Position numbers and translations under genes: made by a program
Assembly (NCBI GenBank): GCA_050251735.1
Contig: JBFWMF010000016.1
Location: forward strand, 14,054 to 78,053
From: Desulfitobacterium sp.
Lineage (GTDB): Bacteria > Bacillota > Desulfitobacteriia > Desulfitobacteriales > Desulfitobacteriaceae
DNA length: 64,000 nucleotides
Direction: 5' to 3'
Notes under the pieces: model-generated
What the model saw: the letters and a program-made list of their open reading frames with translations, nothing else
Databases searched by the model: none
Told to the model about the DNA's origin: nothing
Shown here: positions 10,290-20,277 of the stretch, piece after piece
How positions within the stretch are numbered: the first letter of the stretch is position 1
How the letters are laid out: every line of letters starts with the position of its first letter

Positions 10290-10769
10290 ATGCTGCATAC
10301 TTTAGCTGTTCTCGTGGAAAATAACCCAGGAGTACTAACCCGGGTAGCCGGTTTATTCGCCCGCCGGGCATACAACATTAACAGTCTCACCGTGTGCCAA
10401 ACGGAACATCCTGGGATTTCCCGGATGACCATCGTTGTCGATGGGGATGATACAGTCATAGAACAGGTTTCCAAGCAGCTTCATAAGCTGGTGGTGGTTC
10501 ATAAGGTGGTGGATTTGACTAAGGAGACTGTCGTAGATCGAGAACTAGCCTTAGTTCGTGTTAAGGTAAAAGCGGATACTCGATTGGAAATTTTGCAGAT
10601 TGTGGATGTCTTCCGGGGTAGAGTCGTGGACATGGGTCGTAGCAATCTTACCGTAGAACTCACCGGAGATGAGGAAAAGATTGACGCTTTCGTGAGAACC
10701 ATTCGTCCTTTTGGATTAATGGAATTGGTTCGAACAGGTAAAATCGCCATTACCCGCTTAGATAGTTAA
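10290..10769 (+). CDS. ilvN: Acetolactate synthase small (regulatory) subunit
   Basis: ATG 10290 after GGGGAGG, 4 nt past the ilvB stop. MLHTLAVLVENNPGVLTRVAGLF is the ACT-domain signature. The longer ORF from 10224 overlaps ilvB and is rejected. Confidence 0.92.
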   Translation: MLHTLAVLVENNPGVLTRVAGLFARRAYNINSLTVCQTEHPGISRMTIVVDGDDTVIEQVSKQLHKLVVVHKVVDLTKETVVDRELALVRVKVKADTRLEILQIVDVFRGRVVDMGRSNLTVELTGDEEKIDAFVRTIRPFGLMELVRTGKIAITRLDS

Positions 10770-10934
10770 GATGTATCCTACAGCGCAAGAGCCTTGTTGT
10801 TATCAAAACACTTAATTAGATCTTCTGCTGTTGTAGAACAGTAAATTATATGTTATTATAAGAACTATATCATATGTTGCTTATCATAAAATAACTAAGA
10901 TAATCCACTAGGATTCAAGAAGGAGCGTTTTTCA

Positions 10935-11936
10935 ATGGCAAAAATGTATTATGATTCCGATGCAAGTTTAGAGTTACTCCAAGGCAAAACAATTGCAGTG
11001 ATGGGCTACGGGAGCCAAGGTCATGCTCAAGCCCAGAACTTAAAAGATTCCGGCCTTAATGTTGTCGTGGGTCTACGTGCTGATTCCCGTCGCTGGAAAC
11101 AAGCTGAAGCGGCAGGACTAAAAGTCGCAACTGTGTCTGAAGCGGCAGCTCAAGCGGATGTTATCCAAATACTTCTTCCTGATGAGCGTCAAGCTGCTGT
11201 CTATGAGAACGATATCAAACCGCATCTAACAGCAGGTAAATGCTTGATCTTCTCCCATGGCTTTAACATCCACTATGGACAAATTGTACCTCCCGCAGAT
11301 GTAGATGTATTTATGGTTGCCCCAAAGAGCCCTGGACACTTGGTACGTAGAACCTATGAAGAGGGAGCAGGGGTTCCTGGCTTAATCGCTGTTCATCAAG
11401 ATGCTAGCGGTCGTGCCTATGATCTCGCTTTGGCTTATGCTAAAGGTATCGGTTGTACTCGTGCAGGAGTGCTGGAGACCACCTTCAAGGAAGAAACTGA
11501 AACCGACCTCTTCGGAGAACAAGCCGTACTTTGCGGTGGGGTATCCGAATTGATTAAAGCTGGTTTTGATACCTTAGTTGAAGCAGGTTACCAACCCGAG
11601 AGTGCTTATTTCGAATGCTTACATGAAATGAAGCTCATTGTTGACCTAATCTACGAAGGCGGTATGAGTTGGATGCGCTACTCTATCTCTGATACCGCGG
11701 AATATGGTGATATGGTTGTAGGAAAACGGATCATCACTGATGAAACCCGTAAAGAAATGAAAAAGGTGCTTGGGGAAATTCAAGATGGTACCTTTGCCAA
11801 GAACTGGCTTTTAGAAAACCAAACCAATCGTCCCTTCTTTAATGCCACCGAACGTAAAGATGCCGAACATCAGATCGAAAAAGTCGGAGCCGAACTTCGT
11901 GGTATGATGCCCTTTATCAAAAAACGCGGCATCTAA
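10935..11936 (+). CDS. ilvC: Ketol-acid reductoisomerase
   Basis: [18 protein letters not shown] fold; 333 aa, class I KARI. Confidence 0.95.
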   Translation: MAKMYYDSDASLELLQGKTIAVMGYGSQGHAQAQNLKDSGLNVVVGLRADSRRWKQAEAAGLKVATVSEAAAQADVIQILLPDERQAAVYENDIKPHLTAGKCLIFSHGFNIHYGQIVPPADVDVFMVAPKSPGHLVRRTYEEGAGVPGLIAVHQDASGRAYDLALAYAKGIGCTRAGVLETTFKEETETDLFGEQAVLCGGVSELIKAGFDTLVEAGYQPESAYFECLHEMKLIVDLIYEGGMSWMRYSISDTAEYGDMVVGKRIITDETRKEMKKVLGEIQDGTFAKNWLLENQTNRPFFNATERKDAEHQIEKVGAELRGMMPFIKKRGI

Positions 11937-12121
11937 GTTTGTCTTCGAGCTCGCACCTTCCTCGTCGTCATCGAAATCTCCTACACCAGTCACCTAGCCA
12001 GCCCATCGACAGGAATGATAGTTTAACCTGACCAACATCGTTTTAAGATATTTCACCTAAGTGCGCTTTGTTTAAAAAGACAAAGCGCATCGTTCTATCA
12101 TGAGGAAAGGAATTGAGACGT

Positions 12122-13387
12122 ATGGCAATGACAATTACAGAGAAGATTCTTGCCGCGCACGCGGGTCTAGATAAGGTTGAGCCGGGTCAATTAATTACTG
12201 GTCAATTGGATCTGGCCTTGGCCAATGATATTACAGGTCCTGTGGCTATCAGGGAGTTTGAAAAATTCGGAGTGGAAACGGTCTGGGACAAAAACAAGGT
12301 TGCTTTAGTCCCCGACCATTTTACTCCTAACAAAGATATTGCTTCCGCAGAATTGAGCAAAGCTCTAAGAGAATTTGCCAAGAAGCAAGAGATTGTCCAT
12401 TACTGGGAGCAAGGACGTGTTGGAGTTGAACACTGTCTTCTACCCGAGCAAGGAGTTACCCTGCCTGGTGATGTTATTATCGGAGCAGACTCCCATACCT
12501 GCACCTACGGAGCCTTGGGAGCTTTTGCCACTGGCGTAGGAAGTACGGACCTAGCAGCTGGAATGGCCACAGGTGAAGCTTGGTTCAGAATACCTGAATC
12601 CATTAAGTTTGTTTTTAAAGGAACGGATTTCCAACCTTGGGTTAGCGGGAAGGATCTTATTCTTTACACCATCGGCAAAATTGGAGTAGATGGTGCTCGT
12701 TATCGAGCTATGGAATTCACTGGGGAAGGCATAGAAGCCTTGTCCATGGATGGTCGACTGACCATGTGCAATATGGCTGTGGAAGCCGGAGCGAAAAATG
12801 GCATCATTGCTCCCGATGAAAAGACCTTGGCCTATGTTAAGGAACGGGCAAAACGTCTCTATAAGGTCTATCATAGCGATCCTGATGCAAAGTATGCGGA
12901 AGTCTATGAATGGGATGTAGCAGACATTCCTCTCCAAGTAGCTTTTCCTCATCTGCCGGAGAACTCCAAACCCGTTAGTGAAGGCAAAGGGATCAAGATA
13001 GACCAAGTGGTCATTGGATCCTGCACCAATGGTCGCTTAGAGGATATTCGTGTGGCTGCCCAAATTATTAAGGGCAAAAAGGTCCATGGGGATGTTCGCT
13101 TAATCGTTATTCCCGGTACCCAGGATATCTATAAACAAGCCATGAAAGAAGGACTTTTGGATATCTTCATCGATGCAGGAGCTGTAGTCAGCACACCTAC
13201 CTGCGGACCTTGCCTAGGTGGCTATATGGGAATCCTGGCTAAAGGGGAACGAGCCCTTTCCACCACCAATCGGAACTTCGTCGGACGAATGGGACATCCG
13301 GAAAGTGAGGTTTACCTGTCCGGTCCAGCTGTCGCTGCAGCTTCGGCAGTGACTGGAGAAATCTCACATCCAGAGGAGGTGCTATAA
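12122..13387 (+). CDS. leuC: 3-isopropylmalate dehydratase large subunit
   Basis: ORF 12113-13387; start is ATG 12122 or 12128. Aconitase-family motifs GADSHT and CTNGR. Confidence 0.93.
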   Translation: MAMTITEKILAAHAGLDKVEPGQLITGQLDLALANDITGPVAIREFEKFGVETVWDKNKVALVPDHFTPNKDIASAELSKALREFAKKQEIVHYWEQGRVGVEHCLLPEQGVTLPGDVIIGADSHTCTYGALGAFATGVGSTDLAAGMATGEAWFRIPESIKFVFKGTDFQPWVSGKDLILYTIGKIGVDGARYRAMEFTGEGIEALSMDGRLTMCNMAVEAGAKNGIIAPDEKTLAYVKERAKRLYKVYHSDPDAKYAEVYEWDVADIPLQVAFPHLPENSKPVSEGKGIKIDQVVIGSCTNGRLEDIRVAAQIIKGKKVHGDVRLIVIPGTQDIYKQAMKEGLLDIFIDAGAVVSTPTCGPCLGGYMGILAKGERALSTTNRNFVGRMGHPESEVYLSGPAVAAASAVTGEISHPEEVL

Positions 13388-13875
13388 TGGCAAAGGCATG
13401 GAAATTCGGAGATGATATCGATACAGATGCCATCATCCCGGCACGATATATGAATCAATTTAGTCCGGAACATCTGGCAGACCATTGCATGGAAGATGCT
13501 GATGCTAACTTCGCTAAAGAAGTGAAGCCAGGTGATGTCATTATCGCTGGAAAAAACTTTGGCTGCGGCTCGTCACGGGAACATGCCCCAGTAGCCATTA
13601 AGGCAGCAGGAGTCAAAGCCGTGATCGCGGACTCTTATGCTCGGATTTTCTATCGTAACTCTCTTAATATCGGCATGCCTATTCTAGAATGTCCTGAGGC
13701 GGTTCATGGGATAGACTCTGGGGATGAGATCACGGTGGATTTGGAGACGGGCAAGATTGTCAATGTGACCAAGAATACTGAGTTTGAAGCCCGCCCCTTT
13801 CCACCCTTTATGCAAAACCTAATTAAAGCAGGGGGACTCATTCCATACGTGAAGGGGAGACGAGAAAATGCCTAA
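13387..13875 (+). CDS. leuD: 3-isopropylmalate dehydratase small subunit
   Basis: 162 aa with [13 protein letters not shown]. Its start overlaps the leuC stop (ATAATG). Confidence 0.93.
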   Translation: MAKAWKFGDDIDTDAIIPARYMNQFSPEHLADHCMEDADANFAKEVKPGDVIIAGKNFGCGSSREHAPVAIKAAGVKAVIADSYARIFYRNSLNIGMPILECPEAVHGIDSGDEITVDLETGKIVNVTKNTEFEARPFPPFMQNLIKAGGLIPYVKGRRENA

Positions 13876-14926
13876 AATTGCAGTATTGCCAGGCGATGGA
13901 ATCGGTCAGGAGATCGTTCCTCAAGCCGTGAGGGTGCTCAAAGCTGTCTTAGCCGATAAAGCAACGGATTTTGAATTTGTGGAATACCCTGTCGGTGGAG
14001 CAGCCATCGAATTGGTGGGGAAGGCCCTGCCTGATGAGACCTTAAAGGCTTGCCAAGAAGCAGATGCTGTGCTCTTAGGAGCAGTGGGTGGTCCAAACTG
14101 GGATCATCTACCAGCCTCTGAACGGCCAGAGACAGCAGCCCTTCTGGGCTTGCGTAAAGGCCTTAACTTTTATGCCAATATTCGCCCAGTTCGTATGATT
14201 CCCAGTTTGCTTTCTACCTCCACCCTCAAAGAAGAGGTACTGGATGGGGTAGATATGGTGGTCATTCGCGAATTGACCGGCGGGGTTTACTTCGGGGAAA
14301 AGGGTCGCTCAGATAACCCTCGTTCCGCATATGATAGGATGAGCTATTCGGAAGAGGAGATAAGACGTATCCTGGTCCAAGGCTTTGAGACAGCCATGCT
14401 CCGGAACAAGAAACTCTGCTCCGTGGATAAAGCGAATGTCTTGGAAACCTCCCGCCTCTGGAGAGAGATTGCCAACGAGCTATCTAAGGATTACCCAGAA
14501 GTGGAATTAACTCATCTTTATGTGGACAATGCAGCGATGCAATTAGTACGCAATCCTAAGCAGTTTGATGTCATCGTCACAGAGAATATGTTCGGTGATA
14601 TTCTTACCGACCTGGCGTCTATGCTGGGCGGGTCTATCGGTATGCTGTCTTCGGCAAGCTTGAGCGGTCAAAAGGGCATGTATGAACCGGCCCATGGTTC
14701 TGCTCCGGATATCGCCGGTAAGAATCTGGCCAATCCTCTAGCTACTATTCTTTCTGCAGCTTTAATGCTTCGCTATACCTTTGGTATGGAGGAGGAAGCA
14801 GCACGTATCGAGGCTGCTGTTGAAAAGGTCCTAGAACAAGGCTATCGGACTGGAGATCTAGCCCAAGCAGGAGATAAGGTTGTCGGAACGGTAGAGATGG
14901 GCGATGCGGTGCTAGCCGCACTGTAA
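13868..14926 (+). CDS. leuB: 3-isopropylmalate dehydrogenase
   Basis: Isocitrate/IPM dehydrogenase motifs NMFGDILTD and [10 protein letters not shown]. Confidence 0.95.
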   Translation: MPKIAVLPGDGIGQEIVPQAVRVLKAVLADKATDFEFVEYPVGGAAIELVGKALPDETLKACQEADAVLLGAVGGPNWDHLPASERPETAALLGLRKGLNFYANIRPVRMIPSLLSTSTLKEEVLDGVDMVVIRELTGGVYFGEKGRSDNPRSAYDRMSYSEEEIRRILVQGFETAMLRNKKLCSVDKANVLETSRLWREIANELSKDYPEVELTHLYVDNAAMQLVRNPKQFDVIVTENMFGDILTDLASMLGGSIGMLSSASLSGQKGMYEPAHGSAPDIAGKNLANPLATILSAALMLRYTFGMEEEAARIEAAVEKVLEQGYRTGDLAQAGDKVVGTVEMGDAVLAAL

Positions 14927-14995
14927 ATAACGTAATGATTGTGTTATCTATATTGATCCTCGGCTAATATAATCAATAAATCCAAGAAAGATCAT

Positions 14996-15048
14996 AAAAC
15001 CCTCCTCGGTCTATTCGTTGAATAGATTTGGGAGGGTTTTATCATTTT
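14996..15048 (+). terminator. Intrinsic terminator of the ilv-leu operon
   Basis: AAAACCCTCC-loop-GGAGGGTTTT followed by ATCATTTT. Confidence 0.75.
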
Positions 15049-15126
15049 ACTCACCTTGAGGGCTAACTGAATGAACTAAAACGTATTTAGGAATACTGAG
15101 GATAAGCTATAAGAGGAGGGATATAG

Positions 15127-15198
15127 ATGAGTGATAAAAGTAAGAAAACTAAAAAGAATGCTAAGCAATCAGAAAAACAGAATAATTCAGGAGAATAA
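15127..15198 (+). CDS. Candidate small protein (23 aa, Lys/Asn/Ser-rich): MSDKSKKTKKNAKQSEKQNNSGE
   Basis: Below the ORF-track size cut-off. GAGGAGGG lies 6 nt upstream of ATG 15127, and its own terminator lies 16 nt downstream. Confidence 0.35.
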   Translation: MSDKSKKTKKNAKQSEKQNNSGE

Positions 15199-15213
15199 TA
15201 TTATGTAACAAAC

Positions 15214-15247
15214 AAACTCAGGGTCATTTTCTGTCCCTGAGTTTTGC
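15214..15247 (+). terminator. Intrinsic terminator after the small ORF
   Basis: AAACTCAGGG-tcattttctgt-CCCTGAGTTTTG. Confidence 0.7.
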
Positions 15248-15289
15248 AATTTTGTCTGGTGCCTAGAGGCTTTGCGTGTCGGTCTTTTT

Positions 15290-15322
15290 CCGACAGAGTA
15301 AATAGACCTTTTGTAGTAAAAT
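15290..15322 (+). promoter_or_regulatory. Module promoter box CCGACAGA-N19-TAAAAT (upstream of kinase 1)
   Basis: CCGACA at 15290-15295, exactly 21 nt, then TAAAAT at 15317-15322. The box is the right arm of the inverted repeat TGTCGG-N7-CCGACA. Confidence 0.5.
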
Positions 15323-15410
15323 GATAAATGTTACTATTAAGTGAAAACATAAATCCATACACAATAGTAAATAAATGGTTTAAATGAGCAGAAAACTGGA
15401 GAGGTAACCG

Positions 15411-16514
15411 ATGAGAAATAGTTTAGAGCAGTTATTATTGGAAATCAGTCTGTTAATTGAGCGGTGCGAACTGAAAGCACAAGAAGTGCCTCTGATAGTT
15501 ACTCAACTGCTTCAAGCAAAGGGTTGTGCAATTTATTTGCGGCGTGATGATGAGTCATATATCTTAAGTGAAGAATCTTCTTTGATACCCTTCTCTCATA
15601 ATTGGCAGCAATATACTAAAGACATACCAGAATCGGTACAGTATCTTAGTGAACCTGAGAAGATATCATCAATACTGCGACACAAAGATTGGCAAAGAAC
15701 CTTGATTATGCCCTTTAAAGGAGAATCCACAACGGAAGGAATTCTCCTCGCTTATTGGTCTGGTCCATCTCCCTTAGATGATTTAGACCAGAGAGAATTT
15801 TCGCTTTTACAACCCATAGCCAATCAATTGGCTATTATTTATTATTGGCAACCAAAAATGGAGAAGATGCGGCTAAGAGAAGAATCATTGACTACGATAT
15901 TTCATATAGCCGATCAGACCTTGGAAGATGATCGAAAGCGGATTGCTCGAAAACTCAGCTACGAAGTCGTTCAAGATTTAACATCTATCGTTCTACAGAC
16001 GAAGCTCCTCCAAGATTCTGTGGATTTTGAATATGTTCAGGGACGTCTAGGCGGGATTAGACATATTGTTTCACAAACCATAGAGGAAGTGCGAAGTCTA
16101 GTCCATAGCCAGCGACCGATACTTCTAGATAAACTTGGCTTACATGCTGTGTTAAATACTTATGTGCAAGAATTTATGGAAAGAACAAAAATACATGTGG
16201 AATTAATTCTGCCAGATGCGAATAAGCGCTTTGCAGAGCAGGTGGAAGTCCTGATCTTTCGTAGTGTACAGGAAGCCTTAGCAATCTGTGTCAGCCAGGT
16301 AGGTGTTAGTGAAACTTTTGTTAAATTATCTATGAAGGGGAATAATCTATTTTTGTGTATTAGTTATCTTGGGAAGATCACTATCGGAGAAAAGGACTCC
16401 GGGGTAGGAATATTGGCCATGAAAGAAAGAATAAAAAAACAAAATGGAGAGCTCTGGATTATGAAGCATAATGAGCAGTACCAGAGCTTGAATATCTTGT
16501 TGCCGTTGAGTTAA
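15411..16514 (+). CDS. Cytoplasmic GAF-like / HisKA_3 sensor kinase paralog, predicted catalytically dead
   Basis: No TM helices. The H-box reads RKLSYEVVQDL, with Tyr where paralogs have ELHDEVGQ. The N-box Asn is lost and DNGKGF is replaced by SYLGKIT. Confidence 0.8.
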   Translation: MRNSLEQLLLEISLLIERCELKAQEVPLIVTQLLQAKGCAIYLRRDDESYILSEESSLIPFSHNWQQYTKDIPESVQYLSEPEKISSILRHKDWQRTLIMPFKGESTTEGILLAYWSGPSPLDDLDQREFSLLQPIANQLAIIYYWQPKMEKMRLREESLTTIFHIADQTLEDDRKRIARKLSYEVVQDLTSIVLQTKLLQDSVDFEYVQGRLGGIRHIVSQTIEEVRSLVHSQRPILLDKLGLHAVLNTYVQEFMERTKIHVELILPDANKRFAEQVEVLIFRSVQEALAICVSQVGVSETFVKLSMKGNNLFLCISYLGKITIGEKDSGVGILAMKERIKKQNGELWIMKHNEQYQSLNILLPLS

Positions 16515-16534
16515 GGAAATGGGGAGGTCATAGG

Positions 16535-17263
16535 GTGAAGACCCGAATTTTTTTGGTTGATAGCCATACTTTGTTGCGTAATACTTTACGACTCTTTCTG
16601 GAATGTAAGGGAGATAATATTGAGGTAGTAGGGGAAGCCTCCACGGCAGCAAGTGCCATAGAAGGTGTCTTACGTTTGAACCCAGATATTGTTCTAATGG
16701 AGATAGATTTCCCCGATGCTGATGGAATTGCAGTCACCGCACATCTTCTAAGACTGTTGCCCCATATTAAGATTCTAGCTGTTACAGTCCACACTGAACA
16801 GACATATTTGTTACCTTTTATACAGGCGGGTGGTTACGGCTTCATCAATAAGTCGGCGACTGATCATGAATTAATAAAGGCTATTGTAAAGGTTCAGAAC
16901 AATGAAATCTACTTAAGCGAATCAGGAGTTCAGATCTTAGCTAGGTGTTATCAAAGTATAGGAATAGCTAAAGAAGCACCAACATATGCCGAAAAAGATG
17001 TACTAATAACCTCAATGGAAAAAGGAAAAGAAGCCGGAATAGCAATACAAGCAGATGAAGAAATTACGCCTGACATACTCTCTGAAAGAGAAAAACAAGT
17101 ACTTCGGTTACTTTCCCACGGTTATAATTATCGGGAAATAGGGGAAAGACTTTTTTTATCCATTAGTACGGTAGAGACTTATAAATGTCGAATTAGTGAA
17201 AAGTTACAAATGCCAAAGAAAACAGAACTGATTGAATATGCGATGAAACATAAAATCTTATAA
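16535..17263 (+). CDS. NarL/LuxR-family response regulator with Glu at the phospho-acceptor position
   Basis: GTG start after GGGGAGG. The REC domain reads LVDSH...VLMEIDFPDADG, where paralogs read LVDDH...VLMDLTLPDFDG. Has a C-terminal LuxR HTH (LSEREKQVLRLLSHGYNYREIGERLFLSISTVETYK). Confidence 0.85.
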   Translation: MKTRIFLVDSHTLLRNTLRLFLECKGDNIEVVGEASTAASAIEGVLRLNPDIVLMEIDFPDADGIAVTAHLLRLLPHIKILAVTVHTEQTYLLPFIQAGGYGFINKSATDHELIKAIVKVQNNEIYLSESGVQILARCYQSIGIAKEAPTYAEKDVLITSMEKGKEAGIAIQADEEITPDILSEREKQVLRLLSHGYNYREIGERLFLSISTVETYKCRISEKLQMPKKTELIEYAMKHKIL

Positions 17264-17311
17264 CGAGTCAGAAAAATGCCGACAAAGGCTTGTGATAAAC
17301 GGTGCATTCAA

Positions 17312-17344
17312 CCGACAGACTGAAAGCCTTCTTCAATATAAACT
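17312..17344 (+). promoter_or_regulatory. Module promoter box CCGACAGA-N19-TAAACT (upstream of molybdoenzyme 1)
   Basis: CCGACA at 17312-17317, 21 nt, TAAACT at 17339-17344. A second CCGACA lies 33 nt upstream (17279-17284). Confidence 0.5.
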
Positions 17345-17364
17345 AAAGTTGAACAGTTAAGGAG

Positions 17365-20262
17365 TTGTTTCGGGTGAAACAGGACGGAAAAGAAGAAACT
17401 ATGGAAAAATTGATCATAGTAGCTATATCTAATTATTGGATGCGTATATCGGTGTTAGACCTACTGGAAAGCCAAGAACTCAAATACCTTTGTGCAGAAA
17501 GCCTACCTGATCTCAATACGTCAGCCGAAGGCTCGGCAGGGGTAATCGCTGTGGTAGACGCATTTTCTAATAAGGAAGATCTACAAGAAATGGTAGATCA
17601 GCTACAAGGGATGGCATCAGTACAAAGTGTGCTTCTTTTAGTTCCAGATGAAATTTTTCCTAATTTACCTCAATGGGGTGGGAGAGTCATACCTATCGGG
17701 TACGGGAAGATTCTGACGGAGATACTGCCTGTTTTAAAGGAAGAATTACTTCGCCCAAATCAACTACCGACTTTAAACACGAAGGAGGTAAATTTAATGG
17801 GAAATGAAAATGGCAACATTTTTGAGAGAAAGGTAGGCAGAAGAAGTTTCCTCAAAGGTTCAGCCGCGGCCGCAGTCGTTACTGGGGTAGCTATCGCGAA
17901 CCCTTGGGATACGGCAACTCAGGCCTTAGCGGTAGGTGAGAGTGCAAACCCTACTTCAGAAAGCAAGGAACTGTTGGTATCAAGTGCCTGTAGGTCAAAC
18001 TGCTTCCAGAGTTGTCGGTTAAATGCCCACGTGATTGATGGAAAAGTAGTTAAGACTACACCGGCTTCTTATCCGGATGAAATTTATACAGGATCTTGTT
18101 TGAAAGGGCTATCCCTCGTGCAAAGAACCTACAGCCCAACACGGATCAAACATCCCATGCGTCGAGTTGGCGAACGAGGCGAAGGTCAATGGGAAGTCAT
18201 TTCTTGGGACGAAGCAATTACTGAAATAGCCGATAAGTTTATGGCCATTCAAGAAAAATATGGCCCTAAATCACTGGCTCTTGATGTGGGTTCAGGAAAT
18301 TATGGTCTAGTTCATGGAGTATTAGGTATTTTTAATCGGCTCATCAATTCTATCGGGTGTACGAAAATCAATGTTTGCTATGACCAAGCGACAGGCCACG
18401 GCTCAGACCGGGTCATCGGCGGTAGTGTTTGGTTGTGGGGAAATGAGCCTCGCACCATGATGGACTCCAAAAACATTATCGTCTGGGGTTCTAACCCTGT
18501 ATACTCCCAACCCCAAAACTGGCGGATATTGAAAGAAGCAAAAAAAGGTGGCGCAAAAGTCATTACCATAGACCCCATCTTCTCAGCGACAGCCAATCAA
18601 TCCGATGAATATATTCCGGTGACTCCTGGAACAGATTTAATGCTAGTACTTGCTATGATCAATTATATTATCGAACAAGATTTAATGAATATTGACTTCA
18701 TGAAAAAGAGAAGTACAGCCACCTTCCTCGTCCGTAGAGATAACGGTTTAGTGTTGAGAAAAAGCGACTTTGCTCCTGAGACTCCGGACACCGAAGACGA
18801 CTTTTATGTATGGGATAGTGTCGCCAATGCGCCAGCCCTCCTAAAGGATGGCCCCCAAGATGTGGCTATCGAGGGAAACTTTAATGTTCAAGGAATAGAT
18901 GTGGACACTACCTTTACCCTCCTTAAGAATGAGATGAAGGAATACACCCTAGAAAAGGCCAGCGAGCTTACCAAAATACCCGTAGAAAAAATCATTGAAT
19001 TAACAAAAACCTATGTGGATGGACCGACTACTATCTATACCAATTATGGTATTGACCATTACCAAAACGGCCATTTGTGGTCCTTCGCGGTCTTTATCAT
19101 GGCGTCTCTTACCGGCAATATCGGCGTAAAGGGAGCAGGCTTCACAGGGCTATTTGTACAAAACATCCCCATTAATTACATCGGCATGTATATTACAAAC
19201 ATGAAAATGGCTGATGGAAACTCCATACCCCAAACGGAGTTTCATAAAGTAGTAAGAGATCAAGCCATCGAGGGTAAGCCTTATCCGATCAAGGCCTTAT
19301 ATACCACTTCTTCAAATTCGATGAGCAATTGGGCCCAACAGAATCTATGGTTAACGGATATTCTCCCCAACTTGGAATTCACAGTCGTCGTAGATACAGA
19401 GCTAACGGATACGGCAAGATATGCAGATATCGTATTACCAGCGGCTTTTTGGTTTGAAGTTAATGATCTCCGTGTCAACTATAATAATCCTTATATCTAT
19501 ATGCAAGAAAAAGCAATTGAACCTTTATATGAAAGTAAACCTGATGGAGAGATTATCGCCATGATTGCTCGGAAGATGGGCTTAGGCCAATTCTTCCCTG
19601 AGAATATGGATGATACCGAGTGGATCAAGGTCTTGTTAGATTCTGATAAGCTTCGTGCCATGGGTATTACTTATGAACGTTTATTGGAAGAAAAGGTTGT
19701 AAGGGGTACAGGTAGTGCAGAAAAACCTTATATCCGTGGCGAACAGTTTTTTAATACGCCAAGTGGTAGAGCCCAGCTTTATTGTGAGAATCCGCAACCT
19801 CGTGTTAATTATGGCCAAAATTTGACGGGTATCATCGAAAAAGAAAGAATGCCCTATTATAAACCTCCTGGCGAAGCATCAAAGGACAATCCTTTATTCT
19901 CCAAGTATCCTTTGGTTTTCATACAAGAACATTCCCGGTTCCGTTCGCATACCCAATGGTTTAACACCCCCATATTACGTGAGCTTGATCCGGAGCCCCT
20001 AGCCAAGATTAGCCGAGAAGACGCGAAAATCCGGGGAATTAAGACGGGGGATATCGTAGAAGTGTTTAATGATCGGGGCAAGGCGGTGCTCAAGGCTGAA
20101 GTCAACGACGCGATTAGTACAGGAGTTATATCTATCCCTAAAGGCTGGCAACGAGAACAATTTATCGAAGGTTGCTTCCAAGAATTGACCAACAGTACTT
20201 CAGATCCCATGGCCGTCAATTTTGCCTACTTTGATTGCCTGGTTGATGTGAAAAAAAGATAA
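17365..20262 (+). CDS. DMSO-reductase-family molybdopterin oxidoreductase catalytic subunit (Tat substrate), module 1
   Basis: Internal start: GAAGGAGG, 8 nt, ATG 17797, then GRRSFLKGSAAAA...ALA/VG. FS0 cysteines CRSNCFQSC...SCLKG (C-x3-C-x3-C-xn-C). MopB core of about 820 aa. Substrate unknown. Confidence 0.9.
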   Translation: MFRVKQDGKEETMEKLIIVAISNYWMRISVLDLLESQELKYLCAESLPDLNTSAEGSAGVIAVVDAFSNKEDLQEMVDQLQGMASVQSVLLLVPDEIFPNLPQWGGRVIPIGYGKILTEILPVLKEELLRPNQLPTLNTKEVNLMGNENGNIFERKVGRRSFLKGSAAAAVVTGVAIANPWDTATQALAVGESANPTSESKELLVSSACRSNCFQSCRLNAHVIDGKVVKTTPASYPDEIYTGSCLKGLSLVQRTYSPTRIKHPMRRVGERGEGQWEVISWDEAITEIADKFMAIQEKYGPKSLALDVGSGNYGLVHGVLGIFNRLINSIGCTKINVCYDQATGHGSDRVIGGSVWLWGNEPRTMMDSKNIIVWGSNPVYSQPQNWRILKEAKKGGAKVITIDPIFSATANQSDEYIPVTPGTDLMLVLAMINYIIEQDLMNIDFMKKRSTATFLVRRDNGLVLRKSDFAPETPDTEDDFYVWDSVANAPALLKDGPQDVAIEGNFNVQGIDVDTTFTLLKNEMKEYTLEKASELTKIPVEKIIELTKTYVDGPTTIYTNYGIDHYQNGHLWSFAVFIMASLTGNIGVKGAGFTGLFVQNIPINYIGMYITNMKMADGNSIPQTEFHKVVRDQAIEGKPYPIKALYTTSSNSMSNWAQQNLWLTDILPNLEFTVVVDTELTDTARYADIVLPAAFWFEVNDLRVNYNNPYIYMQEKAIEPLYESKPDGEIIAMIARKMGLGQFFPENMDDTEWIKVLLDSDKLRAMGITYERLLEEKVVRGTGSAEKPYIRGEQFFNTPSGRAQLYCENPQPRVNYGQNLTGIIEKERMPYYKPPGEASKDNPLFSKYPLVFIQEHSRFRSHTQWFNTPILRELDPEPLAKISREDAKIRGIKTGDIVEVFNDRGKAVLKAEVNDAISTGVISIPKGWQREQFIEGCFQELTNSTSDPMAVNFAYFDCLVDVKKR
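17374..17796 (+). other. Receiver-like N-terminal extension, in frame with molybdoenzyme 1
   Basis: AAGGAG at 17359-17364, then GTG 17374. Alternating beta/alpha pattern KLIIVAIS, GVIAVVDAF, SVLLLVP, RVIPIG. There is no stop before the Tat-signal ATG at 17797. Confidence 0.5.
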
Positions 20263-20277
20263 GGGAGGTATTGAATA

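Noticed and set aside
12062-12089. 10-bp-stem hairpin TGCGCTTTGT-ttaaaaag-ACAAAGCGCA between ilvC and leuC as an internal operon terminator.
   Set aside because: There is no U-run on either strand and leuC follows about 30 nt later with its own SD. It is more likely an mRNA-stability or processing hairpin, or incidental.
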